From Eubacteriales bacterium (GTDB lineage: Bacteria > Bacillota > Clostridia > Lachnospirales > Lachnospiraceae): DNA of 64,000 nucleotides. Shown in pieces: positions 50,283-60,417 of the stretch. Made by a program: the position numbers and the translations under genes. Position 1 is the first letter of the stretch. Each line of letters begins with the position of its first letter. The stretch lies in the NCBI GenBank assembly GCA_030537195.1, contig JAUNOK010000002.1:21632-85631 (forward strand), given 5' to 3'. The notes below the pieces were generated by a model. It worked only from the letters and a program-made list of their open reading frames with translations. It searched no databases and was not told where the DNA came from.

Positions 50283-51157
50283 TAATATTCAACTTCACTT
50301 CTGTATGGAATTGAAGGTATCGCACCTTTTCTTGTAACTGCAATCGAAGAAGCCTTTGCACTCATTCTTAAAATGTTCTCAACAGGCATGCCTTCTATGA
50401 TTCCGGCAAGGAAATAACCTGTAAATGTATCTCCTGCAGCGGTTGTGTCAACTGCATCAACCTTGAATACCGGCTGTGTAAGTTTTGTATCTTTGTCCGC
50501 ATATACAGCCCCATCACCTCCAAGAGTAAGAACTATTCTTGCCCCTGGGAAATGTTCAAGTAGACTCTTTATTATCTCATCAGGCTCTTTCTTTCCAGTA
50601 ATCTGTTCTCCTTCAACCTCATTAAGAAGAAAGATACTTATTTTACTCATATCAACCGCATCTAACTTTTCATTGTAAGGTGAAGGATTAAGTGCAATAG
50701 TAAGACCTTTTTCATATGCCTTATCGACAATATAAGCAATGTCATTGACCTCATTCTGTAAAAGCAATATGTCGCCTTTATCAAATTTATCAATTACATC
50801 ATCTATGAACTCCTTAGTAAGCTGCTGGTTAGCACCACCATATATCAGAATACAGTTCTGGGCATTGTCATCTATCTGTATTATTGCATGTCCTGTCTTG
50901 GTATCTGTCTGCTTTATATAGTCTGAATTAACACCGAATTCTTTGCACGCATCTAAAAATACTGTACCATCATCACCAATCATTCCACAGTGATATACAT
51001 TTGCGCCAGCTTTAGCCAATGCAATTGACTGGTTAATTCCCTTGCCGCCAAGATATACATTCATATCACGGCTTGCAAGTGTTTCTCCCGCACCTACAAT
51101 GTGCGGAACTGAATATACATAATCAAGGTTTAATGAACCTATATTTAATACTTTCAT
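50282..51157 (-). CDS. rbsK: Ribokinase
   Basis: GGKGINQS and GAGDTFTGYF signatures. Confidence 0.85.
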   Translation of the reverse strand: MKVLNIGSLNLDYVYSVPHIVGAGETLASRDMNVYLGGKGINQSIALAKAGANVYHCGMIGDDGTVFLDACKEFGVNSDYIKQTDTKTGHAIIQIDDNAQNCILIYGGANQQLTKEFIDDVIDKFDKGDILLLQNEVNDIAYIVDKAYEKGLTIALNPSPYNEKLDAVDMSKISIFLLNEVEGEQITGKKEPDEIIKSLLEHFPGARIVLTLGGDGAVYADKDTKLTQPVFKVDAVDTTAAGDTFTGYFLAGIIEGMPVENILRMSAKASSIAVTRKGAIPSIPYRSEVEY

Positions 51158-51166
51158 ATTGCCTCC

Positions 51167-52105
51167 TTAAGATGCATTGTCCTTAGTGATAAGTGTTACT
51201 TCAACCGGAATTGATTCAGGAATTGTCTCGCCATTGATAAGCTTTATTGCATTCTCAACTGCGGTCTTTCCGATAAGTTCTGGCTGCTGTGCAACTGTCG
51301 CTGCCATTCTTCCTGCCTTAATAGCCGCAATAGCATCGTCTGTCGCATCAAATCCGACAACCATTACATTTTTACCTGCTCCTGAAATTGCTTCAACCGC
51401 ACCAAGTGCCATCTCATCATTGGCTGCAAATACTGCCTTGATATCACCATCTGCCTGAAGCATATTCTCCATAACTGTCATTCCTTCTGTTCTGTTGAAG
51501 TTAGCTGTCTGGCTTGCCACAACTTTCAGTTTATCATCTGCAACATTATGGAAGCCTGCAGACCTGTCAATGGCAGCAGATGCACCTGATGTTCCGACAA
51601 GTTCTGCTGTCTTAACGCCTTCACCCAACTTCTCAACTATATAAAGAGTTGCAAGCTGTGCTCCGGCTACATTATCTGAAGCTATCTGGCAGTCAATATC
51701 TACATTATTAACAACACGGTCAACTGATATTACTGCAACGCCCTGATTCTTGGCAGCCTGTACAGCTCCTGTAACAGCATCTGAATCAACCGGATTAACA
51801 ATAAGTACACTGATATTCTTAGATACAAGGTCCTCTATATCACTTACCTGCTTAGTTGCATCATCACCTGCATCAACTATCGTAAGGCTGACACCTGCAG
51901 CATCAGCAGCCTTCTTTGCACCCTCTGCCAGTGTAACAAAGAACGGATTATTCTGTGTTGATATGGAAAGTCCGATTGCGCCGCTTTTCTTAGTGTTCTT
52001 TCCTGATGAAGAACCTTCACCTTCTATTACAATTCCACAGCCTGTCATGCCAAGCACAAGCAGCAGGCTTAATAATAATGCTGATAATCTCTTAAACATT
52101 TTCAT
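51167..52105 (-). CDS. rbsB: Ribose ABC transporter substrate-binding lipoprotein
   Basis: Lipobox LVLGMTGC. Periplasmic-binding-protein type I fold pattern. Confidence 0.8.
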   Translation of the reverse strand: MKMFKRLSALLLSLLLVLGMTGCGIVIEGEGSSSGKNTKKSGAIGLSISTQNNPFFVTLAEGAKKAADAAGVSLTIVDAGDDATKQVSDIEDLVSKNISVLIVNPVDSDAVTGAVQAAKNQGVAVISVDRVVNNVDIDCQIASDNVAGAQLATLYIVEKLGEGVKTAELVGTSGASAAIDRSAGFHNVADDKLKVVASQTANFNRTEGMTVMENMLQADGDIKAVFAANDEMALGAVEAISGAGKNVMVVGFDATDDAIAAIKAGRMAATVAQQPELIGKTAVENAIKLINGETIPESIPVEVTLITKDNAS

Positions 52106-52123
52106 CTATAATACCCCGCTTTC

Positions 52124-53107
52124 TTAACGCTTACGGTCTGATAATACTGCGACAAGAATAACAACTGCTTTAATTACCTGCTGATAATATGTAGATACAC
52201 CAAGAATATTAAGTCCGTTGTTAAGTACCGCAATAATCATTACACCTGCAATAGTTCCTGCTATCTTACCGCGTCCGCCGCTCATACTTGTTCCGCCAAG
52301 TGCAACTGCTGCAATAGCATCAAGCTCATAACCCTCACCAAGTGTAGGCTGGGCTGAGTCAACTCGTGATATCATGATAAGACCTGCAAGTGCAGCCATA
52401 AAGCCAGATATCGCATATACTGCAATCTTAATTCTTGCAGTATTAACACCTGCTAATCTCGCACATTTTTCATTACTTCCTGTAGCATATATTCTCTTGC
52501 CAAATGTTGTGTGATGCAGAACAAAGTAAAATACTGCAAACGCAACGACAAGAATTATAACAGGAATAGGAATTGATATAATATCATTAGGTCCTAATAC
52601 AAGCTTTCCTTTTCCAAGTACCTTGAATAAAAATGCTCCTGCTGAACTGTCTATATTGGCTGCAAGTCTTGAAACCGGCTTTCCGTTAGTAAGAATAAGT
52701 GCAAATCCTCTGTAAGCTGTCATTGTAATAAGTGTTGCAATGAATGGCTGTAATCTTCCCTTAGTTACAAGGATTCCGCTTACCATACCAAGAAGTGTTC
52801 CTGCAATAAGTGATAAAAGAATTGCAAGCGGTGCAGGAACTGAATGCATGATAAGTTCTGCACATATAATTGCTGATAATGCAAATGTTGAACCAACCGA
52901 CAGGTCAATTCCATCAGAAAGGATAACGCATGTCATACCAAATGCGATAAGGCCGTTAAATGATGCCTGTCTTAAAAGATTAAGAAAATTGTTAGCTGTT
53001 CTGAATTCCGGACTGATACAGCTTATAATAATTACAAGCAGTGCCAGTGCTATAAATGCTCCATACTCACCAAGTATAGCTCCTATGCTTTTTTTATTTT
53101 TCTCCAT
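52124..53107 (-). CDS. rbsC: Ribose ABC transporter permease
   Basis: Polytopic BPD-type permease adjacent to rbsA/rbsB. Confidence 0.85.
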   Translation of the reverse strand: MEKNKKSIGAILGEYGAFIALALLVIIISCISPEFRTANNFLNLLRQASFNGLIAFGMTCVILSDGIDLSVGSTFALSAIICAELIMHSVPAPLAILLSLIAGTLLGMVSGILVTKGRLQPFIATLITMTAYRGFALILTNGKPVSRLAANIDSSAGAFLFKVLGKGKLVLGPNDIISIPIPVIILVVAFAVFYFVLHHTTFGKRIYATGSNEKCARLAGVNTARIKIAVYAISGFMAALAGLIMISRVDSAQPTLGEGYELDAIAAVALGGTSMSGGRGKIAGTIAGVMIIAVLNNGLNILGVSTYYQQVIKAVVILVAVLSDRKR

Positions 53108-53145
53108 GTGAGTTAAACCTCCATTCCATTGTATTCTGGCTGACT

Positions 53146-54630
53146 TTAAAGACTTCCGCCTGTAGCAAGAGTCATTATCATTGACTGGTCAGCATCTTTT
53201 CCGTCTATGATTCCCATAACCTTACCTTCTCTGACAACCATTATGCGGTCGCTCATTCCAAGCACTTCAGGAAGCTCTGATGAAACCATGATTACCGCAA
53301 CTCCCTTGGCTGCCATATCATTAATTACATTGTATATCTCTTTCTTGGCTCCAATATCAACACCTCTTGTCGGTTCATCAAGAATAAGAATCTTAGGATC
53401 TGTATGTACCCATTTTGCAAGTACAACCTTCTGCTGGTTACCACCGCTTAGGCTTCCACATTCCTGTGCGTCGTTAAAGCATTTGATTCTGAACTCCTCA
53501 ATCGACTGGGAAACAAGCGATTTCTTCTTGTTTTTCTTAATTACACCCTTATCAGATACTTTCCCAAGATTAGCAATCTCAATATTGTCGGCTATGCTCT
53601 TTTCAAGAAGAAGTCCTTCTGTCTTTCTGTCCTCAGTTATGAAACCAATTCCTGCTTTAATAGCCTGTGCCGGTTTCTTAATAACAACCTTCTGACCATC
53701 AATATATATGTCGCCCTTCTCGCAAGGCAGATTGCCGAATATTGCCTGCATAATCTCAGTTCTTCCGGCTCCCATAAGTCCTGCAACACCAAGTACCTCA
53801 CCTGCTCTTACACTAAAGCTTACATCTGCAAATGCTTTCTTATGTGTAAGGTGTTCTACCTTAAGAACCTCATCGCCTATAGTTACATTTCTCTTAGGAA
53901 ATCTTTCTCCGATTTCCCTTCCAATCATCATCTGGACTATATCGTCCATCGTAATCTCGCTTATATTTCTTGTGCCTATGTATTCACCATCTCTAAGCAC
54001 TGTGATTCTGTCACACAGTTCAAATATTTCTTCCATACGGTGCGATATATAGACAATTGACACGCCTTTTGCCTTGAGTGACTTTATTACCTGAAACAGC
54101 ACCTGTGTCTCACTTTCTGTAAGTGCTGCTGTAGGCTCATCCATGATAATTACCTTCGCATCTACCATAAGTGCCTTACATATCTCAACCATCTGCTGCT
54201 GGCCAACCGAAAGCTCTGACATAACTGCATCTACAGGAATATGTACTCCCATTTTGTCCATTATCTCCTGTGCTTTCGCCCTCATTGCCTTTTTATCACA
54301 TATACCGAATCTCTTCGTAATCTCTTTTCCCATAAAAAGGTTATCAACGACGGTCAGGTCAAACATTACATTTAACTCCTGATAGATAAATACGATTCCT
54401 GCCTTCTCCGCTTCCTTAGGTGACTTATATACAACCTCCTTGCCATCTACAATGACAGTTCCCGCATCTTTAGTATAGACACCTGTAAGAATCTTCATGA
54501 GTGTTGACTTTCCGGCACCGTTCTCGCCCATAAGTGCATGAACTTCACCATCCGCCAGCTCAAATCCGGCATTCTTAAGCACTTTGTTACTTCCAAATGC
54601 TTTATCAATGCCTTTCATTACAATATTCAT
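53146..54630 (-). CDS. rbsA: Ribose import ATP-binding protein (two tandem ABC NBDs)
   Basis: Two Walker A boxes (GENGAGKST and GAGRTE), two signature motifs. Confidence 0.85.
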   Translation of the reverse strand: MNIVMKGIDKAFGSNKVLKNAGFELADGEVHALMGENGAGKSTLMKILTGVYTKDAGTVIVDGKEVVYKSPKEAEKAGIVFIYQELNVMFDLTVVDNLFMGKEITKRFGICDKKAMRAKAQEIMDKMGVHIPVDAVMSELSVGQQQMVEICKALMVDAKVIIMDEPTAALTESETQVLFQVIKSLKAKGVSIVYISHRMEEIFELCDRITVLRDGEYIGTRNISEITMDDIVQMMIGREIGERFPKRNVTIGDEVLKVEHLTHKKAFADVSFSVRAGEVLGVAGLMGAGRTEIMQAIFGNLPCEKGDIYIDGQKVVIKKPAQAIKAGIGFITEDRKTEGLLLEKSIADNIEIANLGKVSDKGVIKKNKKKSLVSQSIEEFRIKCFNDAQECGSLSGGNQQKVVLAKWVHTDPKILILDEPTRGVDIGAKKEIYNVINDMAAKGVAVIMVSSELPEVLGMSDRIMVVREGKVMGIIDGKDADQSMIMTLATGGSL

Positions 54631-54650
54631 TCACGACACCCCCTTGTCAC

Positions 54651-55055
54651 TCAGGCAAATATGCAGCCGGACTGAAGAATTATATTGGCATAAGGTGTTG
54701 TCTCTCCTGTTCTTATAACAGCCTTGCAATCCTTAGTCTGTCTCTTTAATTCTTCATGCGGTACAAAACATATCTCTACACCTGTTTCTTTAAATATATC
54801 CTCAACCTGTGCTAACATTTCTTTGTTCTGCTCTTTAATCTCTTCTGCTAATGTAATCTTTTCCACTTTGCAGTCTGAAACAACACATTTTAACACATCA
54901 ATAAATGATGGCACTCCAAATGTAAGTGCAAGGTCAATTCTTTCTGTCTCATCCGGAATCGGAAGTCCACAGTCACCTATCGCAATAGTATCTGTGTGTC
55001 CCATGTAAGATAAAACCCTTGAAATGTCGCTGTTTAAAATCCCATTTTTCTTCAT
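54651..55055 (-). CDS. rbsD: D-ribose pyranase
   Basis: MKKNGILNSDISRVLSYMGHTDTIAIGDCGLPIP; ~134 aa RbsD/FucU family. Confidence 0.85.
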   Translation of the reverse strand: MKKNGILNSDISRVLSYMGHTDTIAIGDCGLPIPDETERIDLALTFGVPSFIDVLKCVVSDCKVEKITLAEEIKEQNKEMLAQVEDIFKETGVEICFVPHEELKRQTKDCKAVIRTGETTPYANIILQSGCIFA

Positions 55056-55105
55056 AACTCATCTCTCCTTTTTATTTTTCTATGTCTTGCTTTTATCTCT
55101 TTGCT

Positions 55106-56074
55106 TTATTTCGTTGTTTCACGCTTTATTAACTCTGGTTTGTAAACAACCGCTTTCTGTGAAATCTGTTCTCCTGTTATAAGCTTTACCGCCATTCTTC
55201 CCATCTTATCAATTGGCTGTGATATTGTCGTAATCTCTGGTGTAACCAGCTTCGAAAGCATAACATTATCAAAACCTACAATTGAAATATCCTGCGGAAC
55301 TTTTATTTCCTTCTGGGTAAGCTGCTTGTATAGCGATAATGCCATCATGTCATTACATGCAAATACGCCATCAGCCTGCGGGCTTACTTTCATAATTGCT
55401 GTAACAATATCTCCTTCAAATGTAAAATCATGTTCACAGTCAATACAGCCAATCTTCAAGCCTTTCTCCGTGCACACATCAGAAAAACCAAGAAATCTTT
55501 CTCTTGCACTTGAAATGCTCTGTTCACCACGGATACAGACTATATCCTTACATCCACTATCTATAAGACACTGTGCTGCCAGCCGTCCGCCATAATAATG
55601 ATCACTTGTTATGAGTGTGTATGTACTTTCTGAAGACATGTTTCTGTCAATCATGACAACTGACATACCGCTTTTATCAATCACATCAATTAGTTCCTCA
55701 TTATTCGATGTTATTATTATTCCATCTGCGTTCATGGACTTTAACATTCCAACCGCATTTTTCTCTTTCTCTGGATTGTTGTCTGTATTATAGTAAACAA
55801 CTCTGAAACCGCTTTCATCAGCAGCCTTCTCTACCGCATCTGCAAGCTCTGTAAAAAATGGATTCGTTATGCTTGGTATAATAAGTCCTATCAGCTTGGC
55901 TGATTTCTTAAAAAGCGACCTCGCCACTTCATTAGGAACAAACCCCGTTTTCCTGATTGCATCATAAACCCTCTGCCTTTTCTCAGCATCAACATTGGCT
56001 GTTCCGTTCATAACCCTTGACACTGTTGCCGGCGATACTCCTGCAATCTTCGCTACATCTCTTATACTTGCCAT
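55106..56074 (-). CDS. rbsR: LacI-family transcriptional repressor of the ribose operon
   Basis: HTH MASIRDVAKIAGVSPATVSRVMNG. First gene of the rbs cluster. Confidence 0.8.
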   Translation of the reverse strand: MASIRDVAKIAGVSPATVSRVMNGTANVDAEKRQRVYDAIRKTGFVPNEVARSLFKKSAKLIGLIIPSITNPFFTELADAVEKAADESGFRVVYYNTDNNPEKEKNAVGMLKSMNADGIIITSNNEELIDVIDKSGMSVVMIDRNMSSESTYTLITSDHYYGGRLAAQCLIDSGCKDIVCIRGEQSISSARERFLGFSDVCTEKGLKIGCIDCEHDFTFEGDIVTAIMKVSPQADGVFACNDMMALSLYKQLTQKEIKVPQDISIVGFDNVMLSKLVTPEITTISQPIDKMGRMAVKLITGEQISQKAVVYKPELIKRETTK

Positions 56075-56166
56075 AGGCATATCTCCTGTTAAATCTGTGA
56101 TTTCATAACCAATGCACTTTTATCACGCACCACCCCTGAATACATTATTTTGTGCATATATTCTTT

Positions 56167-56180
56167 TGAAACCCGTTTCA
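56167..56180. promoter_or_regulatory. Candidate LacI-family operator / cre-like palindrome upstream of rbsR
   Basis: tgaaacccgtttca is a 14-bp near-perfect palindrome (TGAAAC-CC-GTTTCA) about 95 nt upstream of the rbsR start. Confidence 0.35.
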
Positions 56181-56260
56181 AGTTAATTACATTGTAACAT
56201 TTATATATAAAAATGCAAGCGTTTTATTTTTATCAATGTAAATATATACTGACAAGATGT

Positions 56261-56296
56261 AAAAACTCCACCAGTTATATGTCTCTGGTGGAGTTA
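56261..56296 (-). terminator. Rho-independent terminator (minus strand) after gene 56326..57492
   Basis: On the minus strand: ctccaccagagacatataactggtggag followed by ttttt. Confidence 0.5.
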
Positions 56297-56325
56297 GTGT
56301 TATACATATTAAATTGGTATATAAA

Positions 56326-57492
56326 TTACTTCGTAGTCGCAATCATATCCGCAATCACCCATTTTCCCTCATATTTCACGAAATAGAATGTCGAATCAAT
56401 AACATCTTTTCTCGCTCCACCTGAGGTAAGCGTCATATTCTTTGTAAATGCAATATGACATGAATAGCAGTCGTCATTATATTCAATATAATTATCAACT
56501 GTCACACCTGTATATGGATTATCTGAAAGTCTGTGGTCACTGATAAATGTAATATCAGCACTTGAAGCATAATCTTTCGCAAGATTCCAGTAATAAGAAT
56601 CCTCAATAAGATACTGCTGCACTGTTGCAAGACCATGACCTGAACCGCTTAAATCATTAGTGAGGAAATTATCCCATATTTTAGCCATATTAAGAGCCTC
56701 TTCTTTTCTTTCAGATGGCATATCAGAGACTTCGCCACCTACGGCCAATACTACATTGCCCTTAGCGTCAACATTTGCAGCAACTTCACTGCCTGAGGCA
56801 TTATATATTTTGATTTCCGGCTTGTTGACAAATCCTGTCAGCTTATACTCAACTGATTTTGGCATTGTGACATATTTAGAAACATTTGCAAAATCAGGAT
56901 TCTCTATAACTTTGCCAGTCTTATAATCATCTGACACTGTAATTCCATTAACTGTAAATGTATATCCTTCCGGAATTGAAACAGTATAATCAGTGGTCTT
57001 TGCTGAAAATACAGGCTCAATCGACTTAATCTTCCAGTCAAGCACTGTAAGTATTCCAAGAACAACATGCTGGTCTTTGGCTTCAAGTGTCATTCTTGCG
57101 ACCTTCTTGTCATCAGCATATATGTCATACATAGGCTCTTCTGTATTATAGCTTCCCTCTGATTTCTTATATGTATAGTCTGTTGTTCCATCTAATTCAG
57201 ACATGTACATATTGACAAATGTATCTTTTCCCTCAAACTCACTGCTGGCTGGAAGCTCAATATTATCAGCTAATGTCTTATCATCAGCCATCTTTGTAAA
57301 GTCATTAAGGAAATCATTCATAACCTTGTCTGACTGCGAATTCTCATATTTCTTAAGGCATGAACCCGTATATACAATCATACAGATTGCAAGAATAAGA
57401 AGAATCACTGCATATACAGCAAGGCCTGTCCAGTAATTCAATGATATATTGATTTTGCCTATCTTTATAGACTTCTTAGCATTATTTTTCAT
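56326..57492 (-). CDS. Hypothetical membrane-anchored extracytoplasmic protein
   Basis: Single N-terminal TM helix (LAVYAVILLILAICMIVY). No recognisable family. Confidence 0.5.
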   Translation of the reverse strand: MKNNAKKSIKIGKINISLNYWTGLAVYAVILLILAICMIVYTGSCLKKYENSQSDKVMNDFLNDFTKMADDKTLADNIELPASSEFEGKDTFVNMYMSELDGTTDYTYKKSEGSYNTEEPMYDIYADDKKVARMTLEAKDQHVVLGILTVLDWKIKSIEPVFSAKTTDYTVSIPEGYTFTVNGITVSDDYKTGKVIENPDFANVSKYVTMPKSVEYKLTGFVNKPEIKIYNASGSEVAANVDAKGNVVLAVGGEVSDMPSERKEEALNMAKIWDNFLTNDLSGSGHGLATVQQYLIEDSYYWNLAKDYASSADITFISDHRLSDNPYTGVTVDNYIEYNDDCYSCHIAFTKNMTLTSGGARKDVIDSTFYFVKYEGKWVIADMIATTK

Positions 57493-57514
57493 ATCTATAC
57501 AGTTCTCCTTCCAA

Positions 57515-58597
57515 TTACTTAGGCATTACAACAAATGCTGTTGGCAGCTTCCATGATGAATTCTGATAATAAAATGTTACACTTGTCATCTCATAGCCGC
57601 CGTTATAGACCATTGTTGAAGAACTTCCTCCATCTAGGTTTGCTGCATTGACTGCCCCATATTCCTGCATAACTGATATCAGGTCTGACGCAGTTGCACC
57701 AAGATGTCCTGAAGCACCTCTTCCGTCAGTAACTAAAAGAAGTATTGCACCATCAGCTCTCTGTCCGATTGCTGTTCTTGGATTAGCTCCGCTTCCCTGT
57801 CCTTTTAACACTCTTGCTTCGTTGTTAATAATAAGCGGAACAAAATGATTGTTAGAGTCGGAGCTTTCCTCCTGAAAAGCTACAGCGTCCCTGATTCCGG
57901 CTTCATTAACATAGCTTTCAAAATCTGCTGCCGACATGCCGTCTATATCCTTAACAACAAGAAGGTTATCCTTATTAAGACCTATTAAGTAAAGACCTGA
58001 AAGCGCTGATGGACTGTTATATGTAATCTTTCCGTCCTGTACGACAATTCCAAGCGGTGAACCTCCTCTGTTTCCAGATGATACATACAGTCCGCCATTA
58101 ACTCCTGCAACAGCCCCTGCTCCGCTTACGATCTCATCAAGCTCTTTTCCGTAATCTCCCCAAGGATATGTAGTTCCGACTTTAACCTGTGACGGATCTT
58201 TTATAATCAGCATTTTTCCAAAGAATGACCTTCCTGAAATCTCAACCATTCTTATTCCATTCTCGTCAAACTGCTCTATCTCTCCATTATTATCCACTGT
58301 CGGTGTATCTGTATCTGTTGATATATTAATAAGTGATGTGTCAATATCTGAATCCATTGACTCCATCTTATTAGCATTAATTACCTCATTAATCTGCTCA
58401 TCTGTACAGAACCACGAAGCCAGAAACTTCATCTGACCTGATTCAAGAACTGTTGATATGAAAAGATTTCTGGCAGCAGGTGCTGAATCGCTGCATATTC
58501 TCTTAATCATAATAAATAAAGTTCCTACAAGCATTACTATAGTAACAAGTACCACCAGTAACACCCTGCCTATAATTCTGGCAATCTTCTTTCCCAT
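57515..58597 (-). CDS. Phosphodiester glycosidase family protein (NAGPA/DUF2233-like), membrane anchored
   Basis: N-terminal TM. GVNGGLY...LIGLNKD...DGRGASGHLGAT...ANLDGGSSSTM pattern. Confidence 0.6.
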   Translation of the reverse strand: MGKKIARIIGRVLLVVLVTIVMLVGTLFIMIKRICSDSAPAARNLFISTVLESGQMKFLASWFCTDEQINEVINANKMESMDSDIDTSLINISTDTDTPTVDNNGEIEQFDENGIRMVEISGRSFFGKMLIIKDPSQVKVGTTYPWGDYGKELDEIVSGAGAVAGVNGGLYVSSGNRGGSPLGIVVQDGKITYNSPSALSGLYLIGLNKDNLLVVKDIDGMSAADFESYVNEAGIRDAVAFQEESSDSNNHFVPLIINNEARVLKGQGSGANPRTAIGQRADGAILLLVTDGRGASGHLGATASDLISVMQEYGAVNAANLDGGSSSTMVYNGGYEMTSVTFYYQNSSWKLPTAFVVMPK

Positions 58598-58739
58598 AAT
58601 TTTCTCCCATTCTGCGTTATATGTTATTCCCGCCTCATTGATTTAGATATCCCTGAACATGAAATACTGAAAATATTAATCATTATACCACTAATATGGC
58701 AGTGTTTACCATATATGATTTCTAAATTGCTTTAACAAA

Positions 58740-59378
58740 TCACTTTCTGACTTCTAATAAATCCATAGGACTACAGCATAAAACCTGTGCCAGTTTTATC
58801 ACATATTCTGCCTGTGCTTTATTAATGTCTTTTCTCCCCTGTTCATATTGCTGTATCGTCTTTACAGGTATTCCCGTTTCTTCGGATAACTGGCTCTGTG
58901 TAAGTCCTGCCAGCTTTCTGAATTTCTTAAGATAAGTTTCCATTCGTGTCTGCTGGCTTAACTCTATAATCCTGTCAACCGACTGTGATATATCCATTTC
59001 ATGATAAGGATTATACATATCTCTTATTCTTTCAATCGGAACCTCTTTCTGAATTATCCTGAAAGACTTTCCTGTATACCACTGATAATATGCTAATATC
59101 CAGCCAGTCCAGTATTCCTGGCTTCTCCCATCATATACTCCCGGCATAATTATCTTATCATCTGGAATGTCCAGCACTTTTATAGCAAGTTCTGCACCTG
59201 ACATTCCGGCTATAACAAATATATCTCCCTTTCCAAAACGCTCCGAATAACCTGATTCAAGAAATATATTATAATATTCAGATAATTCATAACCACAATC
59301 ATATACTGCATAATTAAGCATATTTCCCATTACTCTCTGTGCCATATTAAAATAGACCTTGTCATATGCGCAAATCAT
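58740..59378 (-). CDS. DUF3791-like domain protein with C-terminal XRE-type HTH
   Basis: C-terminus LAGLTQSQLSEETGIPVKTIQQYEQGRKDINKAQ. Partner of the downstream DUF3990 gene. Confidence 0.55.
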   Translation of the reverse strand: MICAYDKVYFNMAQRVMGNMLNYAVYDCGYELSEYYNIFLESGYSERFGKGDIFVIAGMSGAELAIKVLDIPDDKIIMPGVYDGRSQEYWTGWILAYYQWYTGKSFRIIQKEVPIERIRDMYNPYHEMDISQSVDRIIELSQQTRMETYLKKFRKLAGLTQSQLSEETGIPVKTIQQYEQGRKDINKAQAEYVIKLAQVLCCSPMDLLEVRK

Positions 59379-60030
59379 CTGCTTTCAACTCCTCATCTAT
59401 AATCTTAGTAATATATAATTCACCTTTTCTATAGTTCTCTTTTTCCATTGCTTTATAACCATTTCTTGCATACATGTCTCTTGACATTTTCTTTGGGTAC
59501 CATTCATTATAATCAACTTTCTGATAACCTGAAAATGTAATTAATTCAAATGCTTTCTCACTCTTAAGACATATCTGTTCACCAAGATTACCTAACACTA
59601 TTGCTTTGCATAACTGTTCATAGGATATTATGCCGCTTATAAAATCTCTTGCATAAGAAAAATAACTATCATCCGCCCTGTATCCCTTAATAATATCTGC
59701 ATTATCAGTGTCTATATTAAACTCCTGTGTAATATATCTTTTAGCCTCACGTTCAAGCGGGGTTGAACAGTCAAATATCCTGTTATTAATTAATATATTA
59801 AGCCAGTGCATTATTGTATAATCCTGACCGTTGATATCCAGAATATTCAATCCATCAGTATTCATATCATATATATTAACATATCCATCCAGATTATCTG
59901 ATACAGACCATTCTTTTGCAAGCTCTATATTTTCTGTGCAATAAAATCCAATGCCATAATCATTGTGTATCTTTCCCGCTCCGTACAGTGGCTTATCTAT
60001 TATATGATTAGAACCATGATATAAAATCAT
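59362..60030 (-). CDS. DUF3990 domain protein
   Basis: Characteristic N-terminus MILYHGSNHIIDKP...GFYCTEN. Confidence 0.7.
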   Translation of the reverse strand: MILYHGSNHIIDKPLYGAGKIHNDYGIGFYCTENIELAKEWSVSDNLDGYVNIYDMNTDGLNILDINGQDYTIMHWLNILINNRIFDCSTPLEREAKRYITQEFNIDTDNADIIKGYRADDSYFSYARDFISGIISYEQLCKAIVLGNLGEQICLKSEKAFELITFSGYQKVDYNEWYPKKMSRDMYARNGYKAMEKENYRKGELYITKIIDEELKADDLRI

Positions 60031-60102
60031 AAAAACTCCTCCTACAGATGTATAAATATATTATACGCCTGTGGGCGGAGTTGTCAACTTATATATTTTC
60101 TT

Positions 60103-60304
60103 CGTATATTCTCATCGCTGTCCGCGCAGACAGCTCATATGCCAGAACGCAGTTCTGGCATTGTCGCGACGCTCCTCGAATATACAAAAAACAAGCTCCA
60201 GCCCATGCTGGCATGGCTGTCACTTGTTCTCGTACATTCTCATCGCTGTCCGCGCAAAAAAAGAGCGACGGCAAATCAACTCTGCCATCGCTCTCTTTAA
60301 AAAA
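60103..60304. repeat. Two copies of a 26-nt direct repeat (25/26 identical, 128 nt apart), each followed by a perfect hairpin, the second terminator-like
   Basis: cgtatattctcatcgctgtccgcgca (60103-60128) and cgtacattctcatcgctgtccgcgca (60231-60256). Hairpins tgccagaacgcagttctggca (60141-60161) and aaaaaaagagcgacggca-aatcaactc-tgccatcgctctctttaaaaaa (60256-60304). Confidence 0.45.
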
Positions 60305-60417
60305 TATGAGGGAGAAAAAATGTTTTCTTTACTCCATCATAATACAACACCAACTGCGATATGTTAATATATATTATATAAAGTGTTTATAAAAAAAATA
60401 TAAACTCATATATAAAC

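Noticed and set aside
53207-54382. Plus-strand ORFs inside rbsA (53207..53695, 53708..54052, 53842..54060, 54143..54382)
   Set aside because: They are antisense to a two-NBD ABC ATPase. The S/P/I-rich translations are typical of antisense reading.
60103-60256. CRISPR array
   Set aside because: Only two repeat copies, no cas genes, and the spacing and hairpin content do not fit CRISPR.
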